Assembly (NCBI GenBank): GCA_963813715.1
Contig: CAWFAK010000017.1
Location: forward strand, 256,001-320,000
Source: an uncultured Planctomycetaceae bacterium
Lineage (GTDB): Bacteria; Planctomycetota; Planctomycetia; Planctomycetales; Planctomycetaceae
Length of the DNA: 64,000 nucleotides
Reading direction: 5' to 3'
The notes beneath the pieces are model-generated. The model was not told the DNA's origin. It made no database searches and worked only from the letters and a program-made list of their open reading frames with translations. A program made the translations under genes and the position numbers. The first letter of the stretch is position 1. Each line of letters opens with the position of its first letter. Below, piece by piece: positions 1 through 11,249 of the stretch.

Positions 1-1
1 C

Positions 2-1114
2 ACGGTTGAAATCGCCCACGGCTTTGACGAAATCAGCGTGATCGAATTCCCACAGAACCGGGGATACGGCGCGGCGATCAAAGAGGGCTGGCGCCAAAGT
101 TCCGGATCGCTCTTGGCGTTTCTCGACGCCGATGGAACTTGTGATCCGCGCCATTTTGGGGAGATGTGCCGACTGGCGATCGCCGACTCGGCCGATGTCG
201 TGCTCGGTTCGCGACTGGTACCCGGTTCGAAGATGCCTCGCATCCGGCGGATTGGCAACCATTTTTACGCTTTTGTGCTGGGGTTTCTATGCGGACGTCA
301 TGTTACGGATACGGCCAGCGGTATGCGCGTCGTGCGGCGAAAGTCGCTACGACGGCTCTATCCGCTCCCCGACGGGTTGCACTTCACCCCCTCGATGAGC
401 GCGCGGGCCCTACTCAACGACCTGCGCGTGATCGAAACGCCGATCAGTTATGACGAGCGCACCGGCGAAAGCAAATTGAGTGTCGTGCGGGACGGCGTTC
501 GATTTCTTCAAACGATCTTCGATGGCGTGCTCTGTTATCGCCCAGAGCGTCTGCTGCTTTGCGGCGTGACCGCCTCGCTGATGTTGGTCTTGCTAATGGC
601 GCTGCACCCGGTCGAACATTATGTTTCGACGCGACGAGTTGAGGAATGGATGATTTATCGATTCGTAGTGTGCCATTTTCTCGGGTCATTCGCGTTGTTG
701 CTGCTTTTGGCAACCGCACTCACAAACGAGATGGCCAGCTTCGGACCGCGGCGACGTGAAGCCACTCCCTTCTGGCCGGCCTTGGTCTCGGCGCTGCTCC
801 GCTGGCCGTCAGTGGCCGTGCTGATGGGCACGTTGAGCGCGGCCTCGCTCGTCCTGCTTTGCCCCGGCTTCGTGGAGTTCGTCGGGACTGGAAAAGTGCA
901 CATGCACTGGTCGCGGCTGATTGCCGGAGCCTTCACAGTCTTCTCGGCGGCACAGACGGCCGTCTTTGCGCTCTTGATGAAAGTGATTTCGATCTGGCAA
1001 CGCGAGCGGGGCAACAGTCGCCAATCCGATTGCGATCTGTCGGTTCCACGGGGCCACCGTGCAACACGGCGAACGTTCGATCGCGCCCTGACGGCTTCAC
1101 GCAACGCTCCTTGA
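2..1114 (+). CDS. Glycosyltransferase family 2 (DPM1-like) with C-terminal membrane helices; 5'-truncated by the window edge
   Basis: NRGYGAAIKEG, FLDADGT (DxD), VLGSR, DTASGMR and ERTGESKL motifs; frame is open back to position 2. Confidence 0.9.
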   Translation, partial: TVEIAHGFDEISVIEFPQNRGYGAAIKEGWRQSSGSLLAFLDADGTCDPRHFGEMCRLAIADSADVVLGSRLVPGSKMPRIRRIGNHFYAFVLGFLCGRHVTDTASGMRVVRRKSLRRLYPLPDGLHFTPSMSARALLNDLRVIETPISYDERTGESKLSVVRDGVRFLQTIFDGVLCYRPERLLLCGVTASLMLVLLMALHPVEHYVSTRRVEEWMIYRFVVCHFLGSFALLLLLATALTNEMASFGPRRREATPFWPALVSALLRWPSVAVLMGTLSAASLVLLCPGFVEFVGTGKVHMHWSRLIAGAFTVFSAAQTAVFALLMKVISIWQRERGNSRQSDCDLSVPRGHRATRRTFDRALTASRNAP

Positions 1115-1163
1115 AAAGTCGACGAATGCTCACGCCATTTGGCACGGTTCGAGCGCCAGCCCC

Positions 1164-1958
1164 GTGAACGATCGGTCAAATAATTCGAAGCCCCAAAGCG
1201 CTGTGGGTGAGCGGACCTCCGTTGTGCACTGGGAGTCCGGCAAGGTTTGCGAAGAGGAAGCGTGGGAGGCCGCCTACAAGCGGTTCGAGACGCCCGAGGA
1301 AGAAATTCGGAAATTTGTGCGGCGTTATCGTCGACTTGGGCTCGAATCGCTTTCTCGATCATCGCAAGTGGTCGAGCTGTTTTGCGGTCGCGGCAACGGA
1401 CTCGTTGCACTCGAGCAGTTGGGCTTTCGCTCGATCGAAGGAGTTGACCTTTCGCCCGGATTGGCGGCCCGTTATCGCGGGTCGGCCCAGCTCTATGTCG
1501 GCGATTGCCGCCAACTCCACTTCGAGGAGGCCAGCAAGGATCTGGTCATTGTCCAAGGGGGATTGCACCACTTGCCGTCGCTGGCCGGCGACGTCGAACG
1601 CGTCTTCTGGCAGATCAATCGAATTCTCCGACCGACCGGACAAGTCGCGATCGTCGAGCCCTGGCTGACCCCCTTCTTGCGATTCGTTCACGCCGTCTCG
1701 AGCAATCAAATGGCACGGCGACTCTGGCCCAAGCTCGACGCGCTGGCGAGCATGAACGAGCGGGAACAGGTGACTTACGATGCCTGGCTCTCGCAGTCGC
1801 AGCTGATCCGCCGATTGTTACTCGATGCGTTTGTCCCCGAGCGGCAATTCGAGCGATTCGGTAAAATCTTTTTTCTCGGCCGGCCCCGGATCGGCTGGCT
1901 AAGATCAAGCGGGAACTCGACGTGTTCGACCGATCGCACGATGAAACGGCGGAGTTAG
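1164..1958 (+). CDS. Class I SAM-dependent methyltransferase
   Basis: VELFCGRG motif I, GVDLS, GDC, GGLHH, RILRPTG; the last ~22 codons overlap the recombinase remnant. Confidence 0.88.
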   Translation: MNDRSNNSKPQSAVGERTSVVHWESGKVCEEEAWEAAYKRFETPEEEIRKFVRRYRRLGLESLSRSSQVVELFCGRGNGLVALEQLGFRSIEGVDLSPGLAARYRGSAQLYVGDCRQLHFEEASKDLVIVQGGLHHLPSLAGDVERVFWQINRILRPTGQVAIVEPWLTPFLRFVHAVSSNQMARRLWPKLDALASMNEREQVTYDAWLSQSQLIRRLLLDAFVPERQFERFGKIFFLGRPRIGWLRSSGNSTCSTDRTMKRRS

Positions 1959-2158
1959 CGCCGAATGATTTTGACCCTTCTCAAACACTTCGCCAGCAGT
2001 GGCTTACGGCTGATTACGCGGCAAAGCGTCGAATTCTCGAAATCGTGTTTTTGAACTGCCGCCTGGACGACACAAATCTCGTCCCGACAATAAGAAAGCC
2101 CTTCGACGTTTTGGCCGAAGGGCTGATTTCTAAAAACAGTCGGGGCGACAGGATTTGA
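1889..2158 (+). pseudogene. C-terminal remnant of a large serine recombinase (island integrase)
   Basis: Frame reads DRLAKIKRELDVFDRSHDETAELA...SQTLRQQWLTADYAAKRRILEIVFLNCRLDD...RKPFDVLAEGL, resembling (from recall) the tail of planctomycete tRNA-targeting recombinases; ends inside the tRNA 3' end; no catalytic N-terminus. Confidence 0.75.
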
Positions 2159-2214
2159 ACCTGCGACCTCTTGGTCCCGAACCAAGCGCTCTAGCCAGGC
2201 TGAGCCACGCCCCG
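2140..2214 (-). tRNA. tRNA-Pro (CGG)
   Basis: Reverse complement CGGGGCGTGGCTCAGCCTGGCTAGAGCGCTTGGTTCGGGACCAAGAGGTCGCAGGTTCAAATCCTGTCGCCCCGA folds as a cloverleaf; anticodon loop TTCGGGA; CCA not encoded. Confidence 0.97.
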
Positions 2215-2488
2215 TGGGAATCGTGCCGTTTTTGCTCGCTCGAGCGGCTGCCTTAGCCGGCGGCACGGTCGGGCGACGGCGCGCATTCTAGCAGGATGAC
2301 CGGTCGGGTCAATGTGGTCGCAAATTGTGGCCTCCGACCGATTGTCTGACCGGCAAAAGCCGCCGCTGTCGGCCGACCGAAGTTCGAAGCGCAAACGAGT
2401 GCGATCGGAGGCCTTCTCGCGGGATTCGACCCTTTTCCTATAATGGAAATGAATGTGGGTCAGCGAGTGTCCTCATGGGAGCGCATTT

Positions 2489-2860
2489 GTGAGTGAGTTT
2501 GTCGAACCCGTCGGTAAGCGGGTCCTGGTTCGTAAGGATGAAGCTCGGCAAAAGACGCGGGGAGGGATCGTGCTTCCCGATGCGGCGGAAATTCCCACCA
2601 TCACCGGACGGGTCGTGGAAGTCAGCGTGCAAGTTGCTCGCGACGAGGATTTTCCCATTCGCAAGTACGACAAAATCCTCTTCCACCCGAAGAACGCCAT
2701 TCCGGTCGATTTCGAGCCGGATAATCTGCTCTTTGTCGTTCCCATCGACGATGTTGTGGCCGTCTTTCGGCCGACGCGAAACAAGGAGCCGAAGGGGAAA
2801 AATGGGGACTCGCTCGGCGACGATGAGATTCCCGAAACCGACGGCCTCGAGCACGATTGA
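2489..2860 (+). CDS. groES: GroES/Cpn10-family co-chaperonin (stand-alone)
   Basis: EPVGKRVLVRK...KTRGGIVLPDAA...GRVVEV...DDVVAV; GTG start after GGGAG. Confidence 0.8.
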   Translation: MSEFVEPVGKRVLVRKDEARQKTRGGIVLPDAAEIPTITGRVVEVSVQVARDEDFPIRKYDKILFHPKNAIPVDFEPDNLLFVVPIDDVVAVFRPTRNKEPKGKNGDSLGDDEIPETDGLEHD

Positions 2861-2945
2861 GCGACGCTCACGCGCGAACGACGCGGGGGCGCTTGGCGGG
2901 AATATGGCCGACCATGCCAACAGCCGGCGGCTGCCGGTCGACGCG

Positions 2946-3891
2946 CTAGGTTAGCTTGAGCAGCTTTTCGGCGTTCCCGCGAAAGACTTTTTGCTGCGCC
3001 TGTTCGGGCAGATTGAACGAGTCGAGCAACTGGAACTGCGGCACAGGCTGTCCGGGTTGCAGGTAGTCCGTGCCAAACAGCAGGCGGTCCTGGCGGCGAA
3101 TTAAGAACTCGCGGCCGAACGCAGGGTCGCGGCCGATGGCCTCGGCTCCCGATCCGGCGGATAGATCGCCCCAAAGATTGGGGTACGTGTCCATCAGCTT
3201 GTCGATCGCGCCTCCGGGGGTTACAGGGCGTGGCCGATAGCTCATGAAGTCGGCCGCTTTTGCATCTCCCGAGATTGAAGCCCACCATCCTGGTCCGTGG
3301 CCGATGAACGTCAGCTTGGGGAACGTCGCCAACGCGTGCGCCAGGCGAGGCAAGCCGGGCTGGTCCTTGCCGCGCAGGGTGTCCATGTGAAAGAGCAGCG
3401 GGATGCCGATCTTCTCGCACACCTCATAGATCTGCATCATCAGCGGATCGTCGAAGTCGAGTCCGACCTTGTGTTCGCCGAATCCCTTAGCTCCCAGGTC
3501 GACGTAACGGCGAATGATGCTCTCGAAGCCGCGGACCCCTCCGACGACCGACGTGCGCGGGTCGATCGAGCAGAACGGAATCAGCCGATCTGGGAATTCC
3601 TTGGCGGCCTGAAGCGCTCCCTCGGTCAGACAGAGGAAACTCGAAGACTCGGGCGAGGTTAGCGGGAGCACGACCGCCTTGGCGACGTCGTGCTCATCCA
3701 TCCAACGGACGAGGAGCGATGCAGTCAGTTCCTTGTTGCCGTTCCAAATGGTGCCGACGTGCGTGTGCACATCGATGTATTTGGACGCCTTTTTGCCTGG
3801 CGGAGCGGCCGTCGCGGTCAGGTGTTGGGCGGCGGCACAATGCGCTGACGCCCGTCGCCAGGCGGCGGTGAAATTCACGTCGATTCATCAT
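2946..3891 (-). CDS. Tat-exported amidohydrolase-2 family metallohydrolase (frameshift near 3840)
   Basis: IDVHTH, GFGEHK, LFH, IGHG and LLFGTDY motifs; the MMNRREF twin-arginine signal lies in the adjacent frame starting at 3891. Confidence 0.88.
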
Positions 3892-4027
3892 GCGGGACTT
3901 TTTGGGACGTTGGCGAGCTCGCCTCGAGATCTCAAGCGCAGGCGCCAACCCGACCCGCTGACCCCGCTGCGGATCTCGAATCCGCGCTGCGGACGAGGAC
4001 GGGTTGCGTCCTCGCGGCTCGGGCCGC

Positions 4028-4274
4028 TTATTTGGTCGACTTGTCGGGCACTGATTTGGGCGGCTTCACCCCCAGCGTGCCGGTGGTCGAGCCGCTTTCG
4101 TCTGCGCCGTCCCTTCTTTTTGGCCGGTTTGGCGTCGCCCTTCTTGCCGAGGTCCACCGTGGGCTCGGCTACGGGTTTGGCCGGAGGCTGTTCGGTACAG
4201 CCGACGCCAATGACCGGAACGACTGCCAGCGACAGGATTGCCAGCAGGGTCACAAACTCTCGCACAAACCTCAT
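4028..4274 (-). CDS. Small putative lipoprotein (one frameshift near 4112)
   Basis: MRFVREFVTLLAILSLAVVPVIGVGC signal with lipobox-like Cys; removing one G gives ...KKKDGADESGSTTGTLGVKPPKSVPDKSTK-stop at 4028. Confidence 0.55.
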
Positions 4275-4460
4275 TCGGGACGCCCTTTCAATCGATTCGA
4301 GTGAACGGGGGTGCCGGAATAGTCCACCCCCCGTCCGTCTATTTAATTCGGCCTGCGCGGTTGTGCAACCAATCTGCAAACTGACCTGAGCTGGTATCGT
4401 TTTCGTTGTCGCCCGGTATGCTGGAAAACGGCGAAAGCTCATCAAGTGGGTCGATCCGTG

Positions 4461-5973
4461 ATGCCAAAACGTGTGCTGTTGGCCGGGCTGTTCCACGAGA
4501 CGCATACGTTTCTCGACGGGACGACGCCGCTGTCGGAATTCTCGATCCGCGGCGGAGACGAACTGCTGGCTGCGGCTGGCGACGGTTCCCCCCTGTCCGG
4601 CGTTCTCGAAGTGGCCGCCACATGTCGGTGGGACGTGCGTCCGGTTGTCGATCTGCGGGCGACGCCGAGCGCGACGGTCGAGGACGCCGTCTTCGAGTTC
4701 TTCTGGCAGCAATTCGCGACCGCCTACGAACGGGAACGAGCAGCCGGACTGGACGGGATTTTTCTCGTCCTGCACGGAGCGATGGCGTGTGCGAGCGTCC
4801 GCGACGTGGAAGGGGAACTGATCGACCGGATTCGTGCGCTGCCGGGCGCTCGCGAGCTGCCGGTCTGCGGCGTTCTCGATCTGCACGGCAATTTGTCGCG
4901 CCGCACCATCGAGCAATCTCAGGGGTTGATCGCCTACCGCATGAACCCGCATACCGACGCCCGGCAGGCCGCCGTCGACGCAGCACGGCTCTTGGATCGG
5001 ATTCTGACTACGGGACGGCAGCCCTTAAGTCTCTTCGAGCCGTGTTCGCTCCTGCTGCCGCCGACCGCAACAGGCACGGCCGACGAACCGATGAAGACAC
5101 TCGAGGAGCTGGCCCGTCAGGCCGAACGGGACGATCCGGATCTGGCCGCGGTCAACGTCTTCGCCGGCTACTCCTTCGCAGACACTTTCGACACCGGACT
5201 CAGCTTTTCGGCCATCACCTTTGGCGATCCGACAAAAGCCCGGCGTCGGCTGCGCGAGCTTTGCGACGTTGCGATTGCCAATCGACGGCTGGCGCACGTC
5301 GTCGACTTGCCGCTCGCCGAGTGTTTGCCGCGAATCCTGCGCGTGCATTGAACGCGGGCAAACGCCGATAGCACTGGTCGAACCGGCGGACAACATCGGC
5401 GGCGGCGCGCCGGGCGATGCGCCAACCTTGCTGCGGACGTTGATCGAGCAACGTATGACTGGTGCGGCCGTCGTGTTGAACGATCCGGAGGCTGTCGCGG
5501 CCCTCGCGGGCGTCGCGATTGGCGGCGCGACGCGGCTGCGGATTGGTGGCAAGGTCAGCCGTCTCACCGATCCGCCGCTCGACCTGGAGTTGACCATCGT
5601 TTCGCGGAGCAACGGCCGTTTTGAACTGGAGGATCGTGAAAGTCATCTGGCGTCGATGTGTGGCGTGCGAATCGACATGGGGCCATGCGCCGTGGTGCGA
5701 GCCGCGGGCGTCACGATCTTGTTGACGAGCAAGAAGACGCCGCCATTCGACTTGGGCCAGTTGCGCAGCCAGGGAATCGAACCGGAGAAACTGTCGGTCA
5801 TCGGCGTCAAGGCGGCGGTGGCGCACCGTCGCGCGTACGATCGCGTCGTCAAGGCGAGCTTTACGGTCGCAACGCCCGGCCCCTGTAGCAGCGACCTGCG
5901 GAGCTTTCCGTATCAGCACCTTCGTCGGCCGATCGAGCCGCTGGACGATCTCGCCGAGACGGGCGTCGATTAG
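4461..5973 (+). CDS. M81 family metallopeptidase (MlrC-like), frameshift near 5340
   Basis: FHETHTF, LHGAM, LDLHGN and PHTD in ORF 4446-5351; ADNIGGGAPGD and VKAAVAHR...TPG in ORF 5221-5973. Confidence 0.9.
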
Positions 5974-6017
5974 GCGGCAACGATCACCGACAACGGGCGC
6001 GGAAGGCTCGTGCCGGC

Positions 6018-7142
6018 CTACTTGGGAGCAGCGGAAGTCAGTCGGGCCGTCCAGGGGCTGCGCGGATAATGCTCCTGCAAGCGGGCGGCGGCGTCGGCGG
6101 CTCGGTCCGGCTTGCCGTCCTGCGAGAAGAGCCGCGACAGATAATAGAGCGCCTCGGCGTGCTGCTTCTTTTCCTTGGGGAACAGGATGTCGACGCGGAG
6201 ATAGGCCAGGATGGCTTCTTTCGTGCGGCCGCCGGCCTGGTAACAGTCCCCCAGCCGAATGCAGGTCTCCGCGAGCGTTTTGGTGTCGTCGTCGGAGGCT
6301 TCATCGAGGATGCCGGTGAGCAAGTCGGTCGCCGGTTGGAATTTCGACTGCTTTTGCAAGCAGGAGGCCTTGGTCAACAGAGCCTCGTAGCGACGCGATT
6401 TCTCCGCCGGCGTGGAGGGGGCCACGGCGATCACGCCGTCGAGTGCTTTGAGCGCCGCGCCGACGTCGTCGTGGGCAAGTGCCACTTTGGCCTTGAGAAT
6501 ATCGGTCTCCATCTTGAAATCGGTCCAGGGAGCGTCGGACATTGCTTGCAGAGCGGCATTTCCTTTTTCGACATCGCCCTTATTCATGTAGAGCTGGGCC
6601 AAGAGACGCATCGCCTCGTAATAGCGAAAGCTCGCAGAATGATTGGTGCGAAACTTTTCCAGGAGCCCGATCGCGCTGTCGTACTGGTCCTCGTCCTTGA
6701 GGGCTTTGGCCGCCGTCGCCCGGGCGATGTCAAATTCCAGGTCGGTCCGCAGGTTTTCGTTTGTGGCAAGCTTGAGCGCGGTGTCATAGCCGGCGATGGC
6801 CTTATCGTACTGCCCGTTGCGCTCTTCGATGCGGTTCTGGCTGACCTGCGGACTCTCCGCCTCCCAGCGAATCCGCTCAACTTCGTTGGCCGGGATGCGA
6901 TAGTCCTTTTTGTTAGTGCGTCCCGTCAGCACCACTTCCGTGCGGGTCACCGACGTGATATCGCCATGAAGCGGCGTCGTCGACCCTCGGCGATAGACCG
7001 CGTCATCCGCGGAGAGGCGCGCGCCGGCGGTTAGCCATAGGCACAACAGTGCGGCCGCAAGAAGCCGCGAGAGCGAACGGAGGTCGATTCGAATGATTTG
7101 TCGGCGAGGCACAGGCCAGTTCCTCTCTCGCGGGTCTTTCAT
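6018..7142 (-). CDS. Secreted tetratricopeptide-repeat protein
   Basis: Signal peptide, TPR helices and C-terminal AYLRVDILFP...EALYYL...YPRSPW; ATGA overlap with the upstream gene. Confidence 0.8.
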   Translation of the reverse strand: MKDPRERNWPVPRRQIIRIDLRSLSRLLAAALLCLWLTAGARLSADDAVYRRGSTTPLHGDITSVTRTEVVLTGRTNKKDYRIPANEVERIRWEAESPQVSQNRIEERNGQYDKAIAGYDTALKLATNENLRTDLEFDIARATAAKALKDEDQYDSAIGLLEKFRTNHSASFRYYEAMRLLAQLYMNKGDVEKGNAALQAMSDAPWTDFKMETDILKAKVALAHDDVGAALKALDGVIAVAPSTPAEKSRRYEALLTKASCLQKQSKFQPATDLLTGILDEASDDDTKTLAETCIRLGDCYQAGGRTKEAILAYLRVDILFPKEKKQHAEALYYLSRLFSQDGKPDRAADAAARLQEHYPRSPWTARLTSAAPK

Positions 7143-10100
7143 TGGTCTTTCGCCTTTGGCCGGGGCGGACGCGGAGCGGTGGCTTTGACCGGCGCCGCGC
7201 CCGGCTTTTCCGTGCGGACCGGAGCCGTTCCCGGAGCGGCGGTGCGGGTCGGGCGAGCGGCCGAGGGCGCACCGGCCGGGCGGGCAGGACGCGAAGGCAA
7301 ATCGACATCGTCGTCAGCCGCGAACGAAGGCAAAGTCTTGCGATGCGTCTTCTGACGTCCGAGTCCCCACCACATGCCTCCGGCGGAAACGGTGGCGAGC
7401 GCTAGAAATCCCAGCAGCAGCCAGAATGGCGACGTGCCGCTTGGGGCCGGGGCGCTCGCCGTTTTGACGGCTGGCGGCGGCGCGGTAGCGGTGGTTGTGC
7501 CGGTAGCCGTTGGTGCGACTTCCGGTGACCCGGAAGCGGCCGCGGGGGTCGCGCCTGGAGTCGCCGCCACCGCCGTCGCACGCAGGTCGGGTCGGGCAAG
7601 CGGCGTCGGCTGTCGTCCGAGGTCAGTTTCAATTTGCTGATAGAGGCTGTCCAAGCGCTTCCAGGAATCCTCGCCGACGTCGGAAGAAACGAGCGAGAAG
7701 GCCCGGATTTCGCCCAGAGCTACTTCGAGGATTTTGGACCGCATCGCACGGTCCTTGTCGACGAGAGCGCATTGCCGTCGGCACGCGGGGATGTTGTAGC
7801 GGGCCTCGAAATACTTTTCGCGGAGGTCGTTGTCGGCTTTGCCACCGGCGAGCACGCGCTGAATCCGCGCGGCGATCTCGGCCCAGCCCCAAACCACGCC
7901 GCTGCCGCCTTCCCCATCGTGCAGGCCGCGGATCGCCTCGAGCGAGCGGCGCTCGGCGTCAGCACTTTGGGACGCACCCCAGTCCTGCAGAATACCGGCC
8001 GCCGTGATTTGCACCTCGAGCGTTTTTGGCCGTTGGGCGATGACCGAGCGCACGGTTTCGAGCGCGTGCTCGTAATCGCCCTGACGCCGCCGGGAGTTCG
8101 CGAGTCGTAGCTGGAAGCTTAGAGCCCGCTCCTTGGCGGCCGGCGACGGATCGGACGCGGTCTTGGCGAGGATCTGTTCGTAGGTGGCGGCGGCTTTGCC
8201 GAAATATTCATGAGCCGCCGATTCGTCGTCGGAAATCCCCTCCCCGAGCCCGGTGTAGGTTTCGGCAATCCACAGCAAGGAACCGTACGACATCGTCTGG
8301 CTGCGCTTCGTCAGTTCCTCGAGAAATCGGTCAAACGATTTGCGGACTTCGATCAGTCTCTGGCGATGCATTGGAGGCGATCAGTCGGGCGATCTCCTTT
8401 TCGATCTCTTTGCCCAGCGACACATAGATCGCCGTGACCCCCTCGACCCCGCTAGCGCCCGCGATCTTCTCGAGTTGCTGCATGGCGCCAATTGCCGCGT
8501 CAACCTGGTGCCGGCCGATCTGGGCGCGCAGCAAAGACTGATAGACGAAGCTGGCGAAGGTCTTGTTCTTGACTCCTGCAGACGGGCGGGCCGTCTCGTC
8601 GTTGACGGCAATCGATGCTGTGACGGAATGTGCGCCTTCGGTCAGCAGCCGCACCGCTTCGTCGTAATTGCCCTGCCCGATCTCGAGGTTGGCAAGCACC
8701 GTCTTCCCGGAAACGAGCCACGCGGGCGGATTGCCGGCCGAGTCAGCCGGATCGCCGGCCTTGCCGATGCCGTTTTGCAGGTGTTTTTCGGCCGAGGCCG
8801 TCCACTCCTTAATCTGCGCCTCGCGCGAGGGGCCGCCGGCCACGGTTTTCGGCGCCGACAGGGCCGCGCTCCAATACTCGCGGCCCGCGCCGATCTGCGC
8901 CTCGGCATATCCGTCTGAACCAGGCGTTACGCTCGCATACCACTGCGCGGCCTCGAGCGGCTGCTTGGACTGATCGTAGAGCTCCGCCATGATCGCGCGG
9001 GCATCGTTCGCGCGGTCCTGATCGGGCCAGTTGTGAATCAGAAATTCGGCCGTCGGCCGGGCGATGCGGGCCAGGACGGGCCGCTGCGATTCCGGGCACG
9101 TCTTAAATTCCTGGTCCAGTGCGGCCAGGGACACGTGCGCCGCGTCGCGGGCCCATTCGGAGTCGATCGTCTTCAAACGCCGGGCGGCGTAGTCGCCCAA
9201 GACGGCGGCCGCGTCGTAGTCCTTCAATTCGTATTCGACGAAGGCCAGGTAATAGCGCGCGCGGTTCAGATCCTTCGGGTCGCGACGCAAGTCGGCCGTC
9301 GACATCACGTTCATCAGCTTCTGGCGGGCGTCACGCAACTGCGCTTGCAGCTCGCGTTCGATTTTCGGTTTGTCGTCGGCGCTGGCCGATTCCAGCCGCT
9401 CGTGCAGGCCCTGGATGGCCTCGACGCTTTTGGCGGCGAGGGCGAAACCGGAGACGAAGTCACGCGCCTCCGCCCGCTTACTGACGGTGTCAGTCCGTAG
9501 CCGGCCCAGCATCGCCACCGCCGGCGTCTGGAACTCGCCGGTCACCCGGCTGACCTCCCGCGCATCGTCGGCCGCCGAGTGGAGTAGACGATCGCGATCG
9601 GCCGGACTGCTGTCCTTCGCCGCAGCGAGGTGTTCGGAAGCGACGGCACGCTGCCAGCGGATCGCCAGCCCTACTGGAGTTCGAAGGCGGTCCTTGGCGG
9701 CGGCCAGCCAGTTGGTCGCCTCGTTGACGACGATAAAGTCGTTCTTGCCGGGCTTCGAGTTCAAGCACGACAGGTGAGCCAGCGTGGCGTCGTCGCGGAG
9801 TTGCTTGATGAAATTGCTCGTTCCCTGCTTTTGCGAGAGCTGGCTGTAGATCCCGAGGGCCTCGGTCGTTTTGCCCATCTCCTCGAAGCAGCGCCCCTCC
9901 CAGAACTGGGCGCGGAGGCCGGCTCCCTGAGTACGATAGGTGACCATGATCTGGTCGAACTGTTTGACTGCCTGGTCGAGAGTCTTTTTGAAGTCGTCGG
10001 ACTTGGGATCGTAAGTCCGCCCCTCCTCGTAGCTGCAGACGCCCAGCATGATCTGCGCGCCCATGTAGCTCGATTCGGCCTGGCTGCGGGCCTCGCTGGC

Positions 10101-10691
10101 CTTGGGGTCGTCGAGATGGGTCTTGGGAAACTTTTCGTACTCGGCCTTCGAGCGGTCAAACACCGTCTGAAAGATGGCCCGCGATTCGTCGATCAGCTTG
10201 CGGGCTTTTTTCTGCGCGGTCTCGCGCTTGAATTGCGGGTCCTGCGACGTGACGCCGGCAAGCGCCGCCCGTGCCTCGTCAAGGTGCAGGTTGGCCCGCT
10301 CGAAATCGGCCGTGGCGCACTGTGGGCTGTTGGGATGCGCCTTCGCGAATTTCTCCAATTCGGCGGCCGCTCGTTGCAGCTCCCGCGCTTGCGAGGTTGC
10401 GTTTACGAGGGTCCGCGCCGCCTGCAACTGCGTGACGGCTCGCTCAAAATCGAGCGTGGCAGCCATCTCCGGCGAGAGATGTGGTTGCGCTTTGAGCCGA
10501 TCGATCTCGACCAGAGCGTAATCGTATAGCCCGTGCTCCCGCAGGCCGCGGAGGAACGCCATTTCCAGCGACGAGGCCCGGAGCGGCTGGCCGCTCGCGA
10601 CAAGCAGGACGATCGCGGTCAGTACGATCCGCGCGGGGCAACGGCGGCAGTGAACGACACCCGTGTACAATCCGTGCCGGCCTGGCTGCAT
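7139..10691 (-). CDS. Very large TPR-like protein with C-terminal membrane anchor (frameshift near 8370 joins two ORFs)
   Basis: Signal peptide, helical repeats across ORFs 8331-10691 and 7139-8371, Pro/Ala/Thr linker and TM segment FWLLLGFLALATVSAGGMWW. Confidence 0.75.
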
Positions 10692-10850
10692 GAGGCTTCC
10701 GTTGGATCGCGATCGCGGCGAAGTGGAAAGGCGATGCGTTCGGCTGGTCGGACAAAGCGGGAAGGCTTGTGATCAGCCGAATCACTCAGCGGCAATAATG
10801 CCGTGGCAATTATACCCGAATTGGTCGCGGCCGAGACAGGCGCGAGCCGC

Positions 10851-11249
10851 TTAGAGCCCGCTGCGATGGCCAACCGGCCCGTCCGCCGATTCGGACGAGC
10901 GGTAGAGTTCTTCGCCCAGCGAGCCGCTTGACCCGGGGTGGTGCGGCGCGGCGGCCGGCGTTGCCGGAGCCCCCACGGTCGTCGCCTCGACGGAAGTCGG
11001 GCTGGCCGTCGGCGTGTTCTCAGGAACGGCCGGACGCGATGTGGCCACCGCCCGGATGAGTAGAATTCCCATCCCCAGCACGAGGATCGATGCGGAGCCG
11101 GCGGCAATCATCCGGTGCGAGACCTTCTGACGAACGGTCGCCTGGACGGCGCTCTTCAGCACCTGTTCCCGATGCCGTTTGCAGGGGGAGGGATGAAAGA
11201 CCGACTCTTCAACCAGTTCTTCGACTTGCTCCAGCGGCAACTCAGGCAT
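10851..11249 (-). CDS. Putative single-TM anti-sigma factor
   Basis: Starts MPELPLEQVEEL overlapping the sigma factor stop; one TM helix, Pro/Thr-rich tail. Confidence 0.55.
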   Translation of the reverse strand: MPELPLEQVEELVEESVFHPSPCKRHREQVLKSAVQATVRQKVSHRMIAAGSASILVLGMGILLIRAVATSRPAVPENTPTASPTSVEATTVGAPATPAAAPHHPGSSGSLGEELYRSSESADGPVGHRSGL

